A DNA stretch of 64,000 nt from Paragordius varius (GCA_964247055.1 OZ176054.1:10912001-10976000); one strand, 5' to 3'; positions 24,028 through 38,800 are shown, counted from the first letter of the stretch. Program-made: numbers and translations. Notes: generated by a model not told the origin, from the letters alone.

Positions 24028-27000
24028 ATGAAAATTATTTATTCATTCCTCTTATCAGGTAAGATTTCTATTAAAATGGAAAATAGTCCTAACCAGGATT
24101 TAATTAAATTATTTATTCATATTATTAACTTTCGTAATATATTAAATTTCAATACATGATAATTTTTTGTGATTTTAAGTTTCGTATTTGGTATCTGTGA
24201 ACGGACAAACATGTTTGGGCCCCGATTTGACAGGCTACCGTGAAGTTGAATGCCAAACGTATAATCTCGTGAATATATTTTTATAAGGTTACATATTGAA
24301 ATATTTATAATTTATTTATTATCATGAATTATATAGCGGATCCACAGCATGCGAAGATGGGAAACGATATGAAACTTGTGGAGTGGTTTATATTTAAAAG
24401 CCTTTTTTTCACTTTTTTTAACATCGAATTTTTCTTCTATAGCAAGGGTTTCCGACACGCGGTCCATTAAAATTTTCAGTGGTTCTCGAGAAATAACATA
24501 TATAAAACTTTACGGCTAAATAAAATTGATTTACTTGCACTTATTTTCTGAATAAATCTTCCCGAATTTCGGCAAAGAACTAGCTTAGCTAAAAATGTTA
24601 AAATAAATAGTAGCGAATTCAGACCGCCAATTTTTTGGATTCAAAAATACGGCGCTCGAAGCCATTTGTGTTGGACACCCTTGTTCTATAGTATTAAATA
24701 ATATTAAAGTTTTGAAAAATTGTTTAGATCATTAAAAACACTATTGCATTAGATTTATCCGATAGGAAGCGAGGCTGCAAACCTTGAAAAGTGTCAAGAG
24801 TTAGATGACGATAAAGAATATCAAGTCATTCTATCAAAAGGTACTACTTTGCATTTTCAATATAAATAATTTATAATTATTGATAAAAAAATGATTAAAT
24901 GGGTTACACACCTTATCTGAAATAAATTGGTGACCCAATAAAATACAATAGATAGGCTATGTTTAAATAAGTATATATGGACAATATGAAAACAAACAGA
25001 ACTGACTATAAAATTATTTTTAGTGCATAGTAATGCGGATGAATAAATGATGTCCACAGACATTTCTTTCATTTTAACAATTTATACCATTGCTTCCAGG
25101 AAAAAAGACAAAATCTAACTAAGACTGTGCGATAAAAGAAGATCGGTTAAAATCTAATTGGGTATAAAAAAATTTAAGCTTTAGTAATTAATTTGACTGC
25201 TTAAAAAAGTCCGGTCAGACCCAGTCCGACCATGGTCATGACCACGATGACCCCTTTTTACTTAAGTATCATGCATTATTGGATTGACAAAATAATGTTC
25301 GAATTACAATTGCGTTTCATTTTTAATGTCATGTTTTATCTTAAAAGTTTGTATTATACATTTTCTTGATATTTATTATTTACAAATATTTTGAATCAAA
25401 TTTGTTCAAGAAATTTGTTTTCAAATTTTTCCCCATGTTTGTGGCCTTCTTAATCTTCAAATACATAGATTTTAATGCTGGATATTTCAAATTTTACCTA
25501 GTTTTTTATACTTTCTTTCATCATTAAAATATACTTATGTTATTGGTTCACATATATGGAATAATTGCATATTTTGCAAAGTGATTGATTATTTTGTTTG
25601 CCGAAATGACTGGATATGCTTAAATACTACTGTTATAAGGATGCATGTTTAACAATTTTCAATATATTAAGCATATTTAAATATTTAATTTATTTTAAAC
25701 AATAATCTTACTATCTCTTTTCTAAAAAAATTTACTAGCAATTTTTCGAAAACAGCTGTTTTTTTAATGACCATGGTAAAAAAATAAATAGTCATTGACC
25801 GGGTGATGACTTAGACAGCAAAACCGTAGTAATTACATATCGTGTGATAATAAATGTTGCGATTAAAAAATTTACCACATCCATTAGATATTCCACATTT
25901 GCTAATAATAAAGGAAAATAATTTGAGTACTAACATTTACAGGTTCACATACTTTTTACAATTAAATATGTTAAATATAGAAATAGCTTGGCAGATTCCT
26001 TGCAGTACGTTTTAATTTATTGACTGTCATGATGATGCTAAACCAGAGTTGTGTCAACGATTGCTGGTTAATAATATAATATTGATTTTTTAAACCAAAG
26101 CGCGTACAAATAGTCACACACCTGCGATTATAATATAACGGGTAGAAACGCTGTTCTTCCAATCTATAGTAAAAATATTTTCACCATGTATAACTTGCTA
26201 TTGTATGGTGTATGACTCTTTAATTTTTTTATGTGAGTTCCTTTATTGATGTAGCGTAGAGTATAACTGAATAAAATATACTATTTCCCTCAATATTATT
26301 CGCGCATGTTTTAAAAGGTAACGCGTAGCGATTCTCAGCTTTTTCAAAAACAAGTATTTTCCATTCTAGATTATCTTGTTACTTTCAAATTATTTGGGAG
26401 AGGATAAGATTAGTAACTGAATTATTGATATCGAAAAACCGCTTTTTCGGGCGGCCCCTTTTGCGAGTCTCATCGACCAACCCAAGGAAAATGTTTTTTC
26501 CCAAGGAATCGGATCGTAGGATGTGGCTCAGATAATATTATTCAATTAATTTAAATTGTCTCTTGGCTATTTCCAGGAAAATGCCCAATATTTGTTTAAA
26601 AACGAGTAGGTAGGACTATTGTTTTTATATTGTCAAGTTTTAAAAAAATTTGAATCTCTTTGGCATGGCTCCTAATTTGTTTCATAGTTCCGATACAATT
26701 AAACTACTTTCAAATTTGAGTAGTCTACGTTTTACAGTAATACGGACAAAATGTAAAAATATAAAGAGACCCTACTTTTTCAAACTTAATTTTTCCTATA
26801 TAAGGTATTTAACAATTCTAAAATATAAAATTAATTGTTTTACCAATATATATGTCTATTTCATACTTTGCCGTTTAAAACAATGAGTTTATTCTAAATA
26901 ATCAAGATTTAAAAATATGGTTGCTTTTAAATAACAATATTTATCTTTATATTTTTATGTTTTGTCCCAATAATTTCAATTTTTATTGTACATATACAGT

Positions 27001-29766
27001 ATGGCATTTCAATGATGGTTGATTCGCATCATAATAATTCAATAATTTTAACCAGTGGTTCCCAAAAGGGGCGTAGAAATATCCAAGGGGGCGGGATAAT
27101 TTTGGAGAATTAAAAAATAAAACTAGAAACATGTTGAAGAATTTCAGGTGCGAATTATCAAGATTTGTCACCGATATGGGAAAATATTTCAAATAATGCA
27201 GATATGAGGGGTTATTAATTTGATTGGAATTTTTATAATATTTTAATATATTGGACATTTTTATCTTGGATTTTTTGAGAGGGGAGTGGACGATGTTTTA
27301 TTTTTAATTTGGTGGGCAGTGATCAAAAAAAGGTGTAGGGAACCATTGTTTTAAACTGTTCAAATACATAAAATTTGGTATATATCCTTGGTTGTTGACT
27401 GAAAATATTTATTATTATAGGCGATTGTCGACTAACCTGTTCCTCAGAGAATAAGGAGGAAGAAAATGGTGATGTGGTTAACGGTACGATTGTAGAAAAA
27501 GGCATGTGCATCGATGGACGACTTTACACTATTCGGTATTATGTTTATTTTTATAAAATGGCACCAGTATGTTTTTGTGGATTGTTATGACTCAATATAA
27601 TTATCTAAAAATAAATTTTATTAAACTAAAAATTTAAAATTTTCTATTGAAATTTCTATATTTTATATAAAACTCATAGAGTTTTATGATATTTATTTCT
27701 CTAATATGCATCTATAAGTGAACTTCTAGGCGTCATATAATATCAAATTTTATTAATATATTAATTTTAGACCCAGTGTTAAAGAGATTATTTATTTATT
27801 TTTTCTAAGTATGATTCTAACACTGTGTGCAAAAAATTTTTTAACAAAAATATTTTTTTTATGATATAGTTTATGACCAGCGAATACATTTGCCGTAAAA
27901 TTTTTATTGGTTTACACTCAGGTTTTTGAAATATTGAGAGAAAATCGAAATCGGGCAAAAAGAAAATTAAAGATAATTAAAAAAATAATTGTAAAAGTTG
28001 AGATATTATGGTTTGTTATCATTATAAGAGATATTTTAATATTTATATAGCCTAAATTATATTAATAGCATTTCTAAATTTCAAAAGATGGCGTTTTTCT
28101 TTTTACATATATTAGAGTTAATAATATTTTCATGAAAATATATTAAAATAATTTTTAATCAATGCTAAACTTACTATTAAATTCTTAACATTCATTTTTT
28201 ATCCAGTATAATACTTCTATCTCATAATACTATAAATTATTGTTTTTTATTTTTCATTTTTTGTCATCTGATTTTATGACGGTATAAAAATTTACTGTCT
28301 TAATTTGTATTTATCACATGAGCGGAGATAAATAAGTAAATAAATTAATACAAAATAAAATTTACAAATGGAAAATCAACCAAAATATCCCAGTAAAAAA
28401 TATTAATTTGTGTTAAACAACATTGTTACAGGGATTTTTAGAATTTGTTGTATGATAATCCACTACTTTTAAATCCAATTTTGCATTTATATACGTTATA
28501 ACTTCCACTCATACATGATTCCAAAATAAAACAGTAATTTATTATACCGTCATAAACCAGATGACAAAAATAAAAAACAATATTTTTTAAAATTATTTTG
28601 TTTTTTTTTACTGAATAAAATATGAATGTTAGGTTAATAGTGAATTTAGCTAGTAAATAATCTTAAAAAATTATTTTAATATAGTTTTATAAATTTTGTG
28701 TTAACAGGAAAACACCATCTTTTGACCTGAGATTTTATAGAAACCCTATAGGCTATTTTTGAATTGTTAATTATCCTTAATTTTCACTTTTTGCCCGATT
28801 TCGATTTTCTCTTAATATTTCAAAAATTAGATCGTCAACAAATTAATATTTTTCCAGCATATGAATTCACTGGTCATAAGTTATCTCATGAAAAAAAATT
28901 TTGTTAAAAAAGTTAACCCGCTATTTTGCGCACAGTGTAATATCGATTTTGATATATTATATAATATTTTGTTTCCTTTAGATATGGTGTACTTGTTCCA
29001 CGTAAATTCTTAATATATTTTATATTATATTGTATGTATATCTGTAATGAATTTTTAAAAAACAATTATTTGAATATCTGCAGAACTAGAACTGAAATTT
29101 AATGACGTTTAGGAAAACGATTTAACATAACAAATTTAATGATATGATATATAAACCCAATATTACATAGTTCGGCAAAAATGGGTACAAATATAAATTT
29201 TAATGAAAAATTATATATCATTTGATAGCTTAAAAGCTTCAGGATAATATATTCGAAATGGTAAATCAAAAAATCCCATTTTAATCGCGTCAATGTTTAA
29301 TAAAATTTACAATAGAGGAAAACGCGTCGTCAACTAAAATTTTGTAAATAATCAGAAGGTCCTGAAAAGACCATTTAAAAGAATCGAAGGTAAAAAACAC
29401 TTAAGCGCTTTTAATCACAATGAATTGTTATTATGCGAAAGATTTAATTTTCACATCCACTATCATCTATTTACTATACATATAAAAATCATCCAATATA
29501 ATCGTGTTTAAAAAATGATTAAATCTTGTTATAAAAACGAATTTTAATTTGAGCAAAGCATAAGTACCGTACAGTTTTAAAATCTCTAAAATAATTACAT
29601 ATAGTTTTTTTACAGTTTAATGCAAGAAATATCTATCCCCTTAGTTTTTTAATTCAGGGAATTTTTCTACCCGAAAATTGTAATTATATATTTTGATAAC
29701 ACTTTCGTTATTAATCCAGGCTTTTAAGCATTAAACTCCTTAAATATTATAAATCTCTGCATCAAA

Positions 29767-29808
<42 letters not shown>

Positions 29809-32800
29809 TGTAAAAATTAACATATTTTTTAATGAGATAGCTTATGACCAGCGTATTTAGCCGTTAAATTTTTTTAGCTTACGACCTGGTTTTTGATATA
29901 TTGTGGAAAGTCAATCAGGCAAAAAATAAAAATTAAGGATAAATAAGGATAATTCAAATAATAATAAATTTTAAAATATTATGGTTTTATATTTTAGCAG
30001 ATATTAATATAAGAGCCTATAATCATATTTTTAGGGATTTTAGATTGTCAGTTCAAATGGCGTTTTTCTTTAACACACGTATAATACAAAATTTTTTTAT
30101 GAAACTATATTTAAAATAGTTTTTTAATTATTTATCAGCTAAACTTACTATTAAACTTAACCTTCATATTTTAGTTAATAAAAAACTCATATAAAAAATA
30201 ATACTTAAAATGTTTTTTATTTTTTCAGTATTTTGTCATTAGGTTTATTGTATAAAAAATTTACTGTCTAATTTTGGAATCTCACATGAGCTTGAATTAT
30301 AGTTTATATAATTTAAAACAAAATAAAATTTACAACTAGTGGAAAATAATCAAAAATACTTACATATCCAAGTAAAAATATTATTTTGTGTTAAAACAAT
30401 TTTACATTTTTTGAATTATATTTAATTTTCCCTAATTTTCTCTTTTTGCCCAATTTCGATTTTCTTTTAATATTTCAAAAACTAGGTCGTCAAATTATGC
30501 GGCAAATAAATTCATTGATCATAAGGTATCTCATGGAAAAAAAATTTTCGTAAAAAAATTACCCTCTTTTTTGCACACAGTGTATATATATGATAATTTT
30601 ATCAAAATAATTTTATGGATAAAAACAAGTTTGGTGAATATTTTGATTTCAGTGCATTTTTTTTGAAATTTACTTATTTTTTATTATTTTTTTATTTAAA
30701 GATTTTAACCATGTTTTATTTTTTTTTATTATTTAGGGTCATCTTCTAAAACTGGAAAACCTGGTATTAAATTTTTATATGATCAATAAAAACTTATTAA
30801 TAGTAAATTCAGAGATACATTTTAAATATGGAATACTCACATCACCTTAAATTTTTTATTTTTATGGTAACAACGTGTAGGCAAAAATTTAGACTCAACC
30901 ACATATTTTCCTTCCCTTCAAAACTATATTAAATGATCTTATTTTAAATAGAATTTTGAGATTGGTGAGCAGAGGCCTAGCTAGGGGGAGAAAAGGGCGC
31001 CATATTTTGAAACTTTTTTTAATTTTATTTCAAAAAAAATTTGGTATGTAAAATTTATCATATTAAATAATACAGGAAAAAACCACCCATTTATGAGTGG
31101 TCATCTCTACGGTTTGAATTTGATTATTTTTTATAAAAATACAAGGGATTGCATGGAGAGGGCGCCAGAAATGCAAGCTAGGCCTCTGTTGGTGATAGAT
31201 GTAAAATAGATAAAAATAAATACATCAATAGAAGCACATTTTATTTAGAATTTCCCGCAATATTCAATACTTTGTATAAAATATCCTTTTTCCAACCTCC
31301 TTGTGAATATCTTAAGAAAATATGTCAAAGTCAAATATAATCCTAATTAATTATTTAAAAAATACCTTATATAAAAAAGGATATTTAAATAATTGGCAAC
31401 ATGGCCAAAAAGAGCGCATGTTTTGACAAATATAAATATTTTTTGTGTAAATTCAATGTATTTAAATTTATAGCCTATAATAGTAATGAAATATTGAGTT
31501 TTTTACCCGATAATTGTGATTCAATATTTTGGCACCACATACATGTTTTGAATTTTATTTTCGTCCAAAAAATTAAGAGGAATACAAGCTTTTATGCGAA
31601 TTTCGGAAAAAAGTATTTGAAGTTATATGATAAAATTTTATAATACTTTTAATTGCCAGTCAAATAACCTATCAAATTATTTTATGTAAGGAGCGCGCGG
31701 CCCATTGGTTGAAAATACAAATGTAGTAACATAATTCGTGAATAGAATCAATACGTAAACTTAAAGGCAAACAATTCTTTTTAAAGAATAGCACGAATTT
31801 TAACTATTATTTTTTTACAATAATTATAAAATTTTTGAAGAACCTAATTGATTCTCGTATTTCACTTACCCAAAACGAGGGTGTTTAGAAAAGACAAGAT
31901 TTGAAAAAGGATACCATGGTGTCCAGTTTTCAATAATTATATATAAAACCTTTCCCCAACACTCTTTGGGCTATTTTTATAGTAAATTTTAAAGTAAAGC
32001 TTAGAATAGGAACCGATTATTATATAATGTAAGTTAAGAAAACTATCTTCTGGATAAATGCAGCCGGTTTCGCAATGTTTGTTAAAAAGAAGGAAACTGA
32101 CTTATATGCGCTCAAATAACCGTTTGATATACTATACCAGACCATATTGCACTATTATTTATTTGCTGTTTGTTTTTAAACAAAATAATTAATTGCAAAA
32201 CAATTAATTCATGTATTATTCCTTTATTTATAAGATTAGATTTATCTGTTATCAAAGTTGTAAAATAGGAAGAAAATGATTAATTTTAACCTTTTTTGCT
32301 CTTTACCCATATGCTACTGTATTGCCAATTGACCATCAGTAATGCGAATTGGCTAGCATTATTGTGCTAAATACTTGAATATAATATACTTAGAACGCCA
32401 ATATTATAATAATTTGGAAAAAATCATGATAAGCTATTTAGTATATCCAATAAAGTGTAATTAATTAAATGATTTTTTTGCAGTACGGCACTGCATCCAT
32501 AATCGGGGGATATAAAAGTATCCTGATGAAATATATAGATTCTTATCGGAAAATGTATCAGGATTATATGGTGCTTTTGGTTTTGGCCCTTACTAATTAT
32601 ATAAGAAAGTTATTTATACTTCTGAGGTAACTGCTCCATATCAAAATATGGCATAATTTGCGCCCATTTTTAAATATTTTTTTTTGGTGAAAGCTATGTT
32701 TCATTCCAAAAAATATTACTAAATATATTGATGTATAAATAAAAATTTTAATGAAAAATTTGTTTCTAGATACGCAAAAGTCCCAAATTTTTTTGCTCTT

Positions 32801-35800
32801 CTAAAATGGGCTAGTTACCTTAATATAACCGTAAAAATGCCAGAATTGTACAAAAAAATTTAAATATATGAGTTTTGATACCGACTTAAAATATTTTTAG
32901 AATCCACACCTTTTTTTAAAATGTTTAATTTTAAGCAATATTTTGATGAAGCGTACAACGGTTGCAATTTAAAGTTCGTTTGCATTGAAATTTTGGCATA
33001 GACAGTTTATATTTAATATAAATTAAAAAATCATTTAAATCAATATTTTGAGGTGAAAGGGATGTCCAAGCATCATAAATTCAAATAGGTATTTTATAAT
33101 ATCTTAAAACCTTTTATGTGCTGTTTACATCATCCTCAAATATTAAACATGGTTCAACAAAATTTCGTTAAAAAATTAAATTTTTGTAAAAAAGCAAGAA
33201 TATTTTTAGAAATATATTTGGTTTACACATTAAAATTTAGCATATATTATGTATATATCGGGCAATCTCTGCATTTGGATAATTCCAAGAGAATTAGACC
33301 ACTTTAGATAAGCGAATAACCTTGGGAATTTCGGAATCCACATCTACTCTAATTTAAATATTATTTTAAGTTTATGCTATACATTAGTGATATTTTTTTG
33401 GAACGAAACATTTAGCTTTTACCAAACCAATTTTAATTAACAAAATGGACCCAAATTTCATATTATAATATGGACTAGGTATCCCAATAGTGTATTCAAC
33501 TTTCTTAAAACACTCGTAAAGGCCAAAATCAAAATTAAGCAATGATAATCCTGATAGATTGTCCTATCAGAATGTATATATATTTAATCAGTATATTTTG
33601 TTATATATGTGATGTGAATTCCGTTGTTCTTTAAAAATATTAAAATATTTATTTTAAAGCATCTACTACACGAGCCACCCCACCTCCAACTCAAGCACCA
33701 CCAGAGTTACCTTCACTGGCATCAGGCATATTTTTTATATTTCATTTTTATATTTTGGTAATGAAGCTCTATTTTTTTTCATAAAATAAAAAAAACATAA
33801 AGGGAACATTTAAAAATGTTTTTTAACTAGAGATTTGAAATATTTTAATTACTAATCCATATTATTTAGGACCAACTGATGCACTCCTGAGTAAGTTTTC
33901 GTACATAAATATTATACCAATTACTAAAATATTTCATTAATAAAGTATATTTCTGAAACATACCCATTTGAGTTTATAATTCAATTGTTCTTACTACATA
34001 TTAATATTTTGTTTAAATTATAAATTTATAAGAAAATATTTAGCAAATATTTTGGAAACGTTCCTTAGACAAGTGCAAATATATATTATGATTATTAGGT
34101 ATGACTGATGCACTCCGAAGTAATTATGTATTCATATTGCGATTCACCAAAACTATTTTATTTATATTTAAAAAATTTTTTTGTAAATCACTTGCTGAGC
34201 AAATAATGCAGTATATTTTATACTATGGACAAAACGTAAAGACAAACATATTTTTTGAGCTTTAAATACAGTATGCATTTTAATGTATGTTCAATAATTT
34301 TATTGCCAGTCGAATAACATAAATGGTTTATCCAATGCGTAAAATACTGACCCACGAAATTATTTCGTAGTACACATATGAAAGAGGATTGACGTGAGAA
34401 TTAACATAGGCTTTAATTTGATGGATATTTTGTAATGTTAAATTTTGAGAATATTATAGCAATTTATGTTAACATTTGTAATATTGTAGTTACATATTTA
34501 GATGCGGAATTTTGTGGGTTTTTATCTTTGATAAATTAATAAATAGTAAAATATGTATTTTAAGATATTTTATGTTAATTATCCTAAATTTAATAATAAA
34601 CATTTTTCAACATGCTAAATACCTGTATTAATCAATCTTGGTATTATAATTTTATATAGTTATACCTAATTAAAAAACACAGGTAAATATATATTTGTGA
34701 AAATTTAAGTAAATTTTAGATTTTTGTCTTTTATGTTTTGCATTATTAATTATTGATAATATTTAAGTATTTCAGACATTTTCAGGTAAATATTCGGTTA
34801 TTTAGTTAAATTTAATTTTTTTTGTTTTTTTTTGTAACATTGTTATAGTAATCAATTACTACATATTTTGGACATTATTATAAATACAGGTAAAAATTGC
34901 GGTTTTTAACAAATTTAGTAAAAATTTAGTTTTTTTTTGTTTTTTAGGTTTTGCATTGTTAATTGTAATTAATTACTACATATTTTGGACATTATTAAAA
35001 ATACAGGTAAAAATTGCGGTGTTTAACAAATTTAGTAAAAATTTAGTTTTTTTTGTTTTTTAGGTTTTGCATTGTTAATTGTAATTAATTACTACATATT
35101 TTGGACATTTTAATAAATACAGGTAAAAATTGCGGTTTTTAATAAATTTAGTAAAAATTTTAACATTCGTATTTTGTATCATTGTTATTTGTTATTTATT
35201 ACTAAACATTTTGGACATTTAAAAAAACAGGTGAAAATTGAGGTTTTTAATAAATTAAAAAATTTTTATTTTTTTGTTTAACCTTGCTAATTTATTAATT
35301 ACTATATATTTTTGATACATTGATATATACAGGTAAAAATTACTATCATTTGCGGTTTTTTAAATTTTTAGGAAAATTATTTTTTTTGTTTTACATTGAT
35401 AACTAATATATTAAATAGTTAACATATCTATGCATACAGGTTAATATGCATGTTGCGGTTTTATGTTTGACATTTTATTTATCAAAATCCAACTATGTAC
35501 ATTTTAACAAACACCTTATGTCACCAAAGATTGAAAATAAGATCAAGATATATAAAACATCTTTTAAAGTATCTGAATATCGCCAAATATAAATATATTT
35601 ATTTAAATTATAAATGTATAATTATACAAAATATTCATAATATTATGTTTAAAATTAGCATTCTTCTTATTGATATTACAGGTAATTTCTTTCTAATATT
35701 TATAAACGATGCGGTGTGCGTTCATGATCATATCTTAGGTAGATTCTATCAACTAAATATAAGATAGAAAAGTATTTATTAATATTTTAGAAAATTGATA

Positions 35801-38800
35801 CCTGGATTCTAGAAGTATTTTTATCATAATTTTAAATATTGGGGGCAAAAACATTCAAAGTTTGAAAGGGACTTGGCTTTTTAACAAATTTGCAAAAAAA
35901 TATTTTCTTCATGATAAAAAATTCAAAAATGATACTTTATGTTTTTGCCTTTTCGTTCTACTATCCTAAACTATAAATATGAAATTCTTCACCAAAGCAA
36001 TCAATGTTAGTGTTGCCTGCTTAGTTTTTGGAGTGCTGTTGCATTCAAAGCTTTTGAAAAAAAAATATTTGTTTCTATTTTCTATTTGACGTCATTAGTG
36101 AATCATATAGTCCTTTTCATATTTATAGTTTGGGATGGTAGAACGAAAACGCAAAAACAAAAAGTATCATTTTTTAATTTTTATCATGAAGAAAATATTT
36201 TTTTGCAAATTTAGTTGTTAAAAGCCAAGTCAACCTTATTTAGTTTCCTTTCAAACTTTGAATGTTTTTGCCCCCAATATTTAAAATTATGATAAAAATA
36301 CTTCTAGAATCCAGGTATCAATTTTCTAAAATATTAATAAATACCTTTTTATCTTATATTTAGTTGATAGAATCGACCTAAGATATGATCATGAACGCAC
36401 ACCGCATCGTATATCAATATTAGAAAGAAATTACCTGTAATATCAATAAGAAGAATGCTAATTTTAAACATAATATTATGAATATTTTGTATAATTATAC
36501 ATTTATAATTTAAATAAATATATTTATATTTGGCGATATTCAGATACTTTAAAAGATGTTTTATATATCTTGATCTTATTTTCAATCTTTGGTGACATAA
36601 GGTGTTTGTTAAAATGTACATAGTTGGATTTTGATAAATAAAATGTCAAACATAAAACCGCAACATTTACCTGTATGCATAGATATGTTAACTATTTAAT
36701 ATATTAGTTATCAATGTAAAACAAAAAAATAATTTTCCTAAAAATTTAAAAAACCGCAAATGATAGTAATTTTTACCTGTATATATCAATGTATCAAAAA
36801 TATATAGTAATTAATAAATTAGCCAGGTTAAACAAAAAAATAAAAAATTTTTAATTTATTAAAAACCTCAATTTTCACCTGTTTTTTTAAATGTCCAAAA
36901 TGTTTAGTAATAAATAACAAATAACAATGATACAAAATACGAATGTTAAAATTTTTACTAAATTTATTAAAAACCGCAATTTTTACCTGTATTTATTAAA
37001 ATGTCCAAAATATGTAGTAATTAATTACAATTAACAATGCAAAACCTAAAAAACAAAAAAAACTTTACTAAATTTGTTAAACACCGCAATTTTTACCTGT
37101 ATTTTTAATAATGTCCAAAATATGTAGTAATTAATTACAATTAACAATGCAAAACCTAAAAAACAAAAAAAAACTAAATTTCTACTAAATTTATTAAAAA
37201 CCGCAATTTTTACCTGTATTTATAATAATGCCCAAAATATGTAGTAATTGATTACTATTAACAATGTTACATAAAAAAACAAAAAAAATTAAATTTGACT
37301 AAATTTAAAAACCGAATATTTACCTGAAAATGTCTGAAATACTTAAAAATTATCAATAATTAATAATGCAAAACATAAAAGACAAAAATCTAAAATTTAC
37401 TTAAATTTTCACAAATATACATTTACCTGTGTTTTTTAATTAAACTATATAAAATTATAATACCAAGATTGAATAATACAGGTATTTAGCATGTTAAATA
37501 ATGTTTATTATTAAATTTAGGAATAATTAACATAAAATATCTTAAAATACATATTTTACTATTTATTAATTTATCAAAGATAAAAACCCACAAAATTCCG
37601 CATCTAAATATGTAACAACAATATTACAAATGTTAACATAAATTGCTATAATATTCTCAAAATTTAACATTACAAAATATCCATCAAATTAAAGCCTATG
37701 TTAATTCTTACGTCAATCCTCTTTCATATGTGTACTACGAAATAATTTCGTGGGTCAGTATTTTACGCATTGGATAAACCATTTATGTTATTCGACTGGC
37801 AATAAAATTATTGAACATACATTAAAATGCATACTGTATTTTTACTTTTACCCAAAATTAGATTTTTAGAAAATTGAGGTTAGGAAAATATGGTGGTTAT
37901 CTTTAAATATATTTTTGTCTTTTAGTATTTAAGTGTCTGTATATATTCTTACTGTAAATATATTAAGATAAAACCGTCGCTAAATGGATCGATCCTGAAA
38001 ATGGAAAAGAAACAATACGTAAATTGAACGCCAAATGCAAAAAACAATATGGAATTAACTTTATTTATGAACCTCAAGGTTTATTTTCTATATATATATA
38101 TGCTGTATATATGATTTATTCAATTAAAAAAATATAATTAATATTATAACTAAATCCGATTTATACAGCATGCATTTTAATGTTTGCATATTTACTATAG
38201 TAGGGCAATTTGCACCACAGTATGTCAAAAAGAAAGGAAATAACTGATTTTATTAATCATTTTGCCGTTTTTTTCCACCGCAAAATCTTTATTTGATGAC
38301 AATCTTGTTTTTGAAATATCGAGAAAAAATCAAAATTGGGCAAAAATATGCAAAATTAAAAAAATAATGATAAAACTTGAGATATTATGGTTTATTATCA
38401 TTTATAAATAGTCTAAAATTATATAGTTGGGATTTTTAAAAAATTCAAAAAACTCGCGTTTTTCTAATGACATACTAAAAGACAATTTTTTTTAATTAAA
38501 TTATATTAAAATAATTTTTTTAATTATTCTCAAGCTAAACTCACTGTTAAAACCTAAAAAATATTGTTTTTTATTTTTGCATTTTTTTGTCATCTGGTTT
38601 ATTGATTCTTTAAAAAATTTACTGTTTTATATAGGAATCTTTCATGAGCGGCAATAAAGTATTTAAATTTATGAAAATAGGATTTACGAGTGGTGGAATA
38701 TCGCCCGAGAATCCGTACAAATCCCAATAACAAAATTAATATGTAAAAAAACCTGTTATAGGGATTTTTAAGGATTGTTGTTGATAATTCCAATATTTTT

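Noticed and set aside
35495-36621. Near-identical 90-aa ORFs on opposite strands
   Set aside because: By-product of the palindrome arms; AT-biased composition (I/K/Y/N/L), non-ATG start, no domain.
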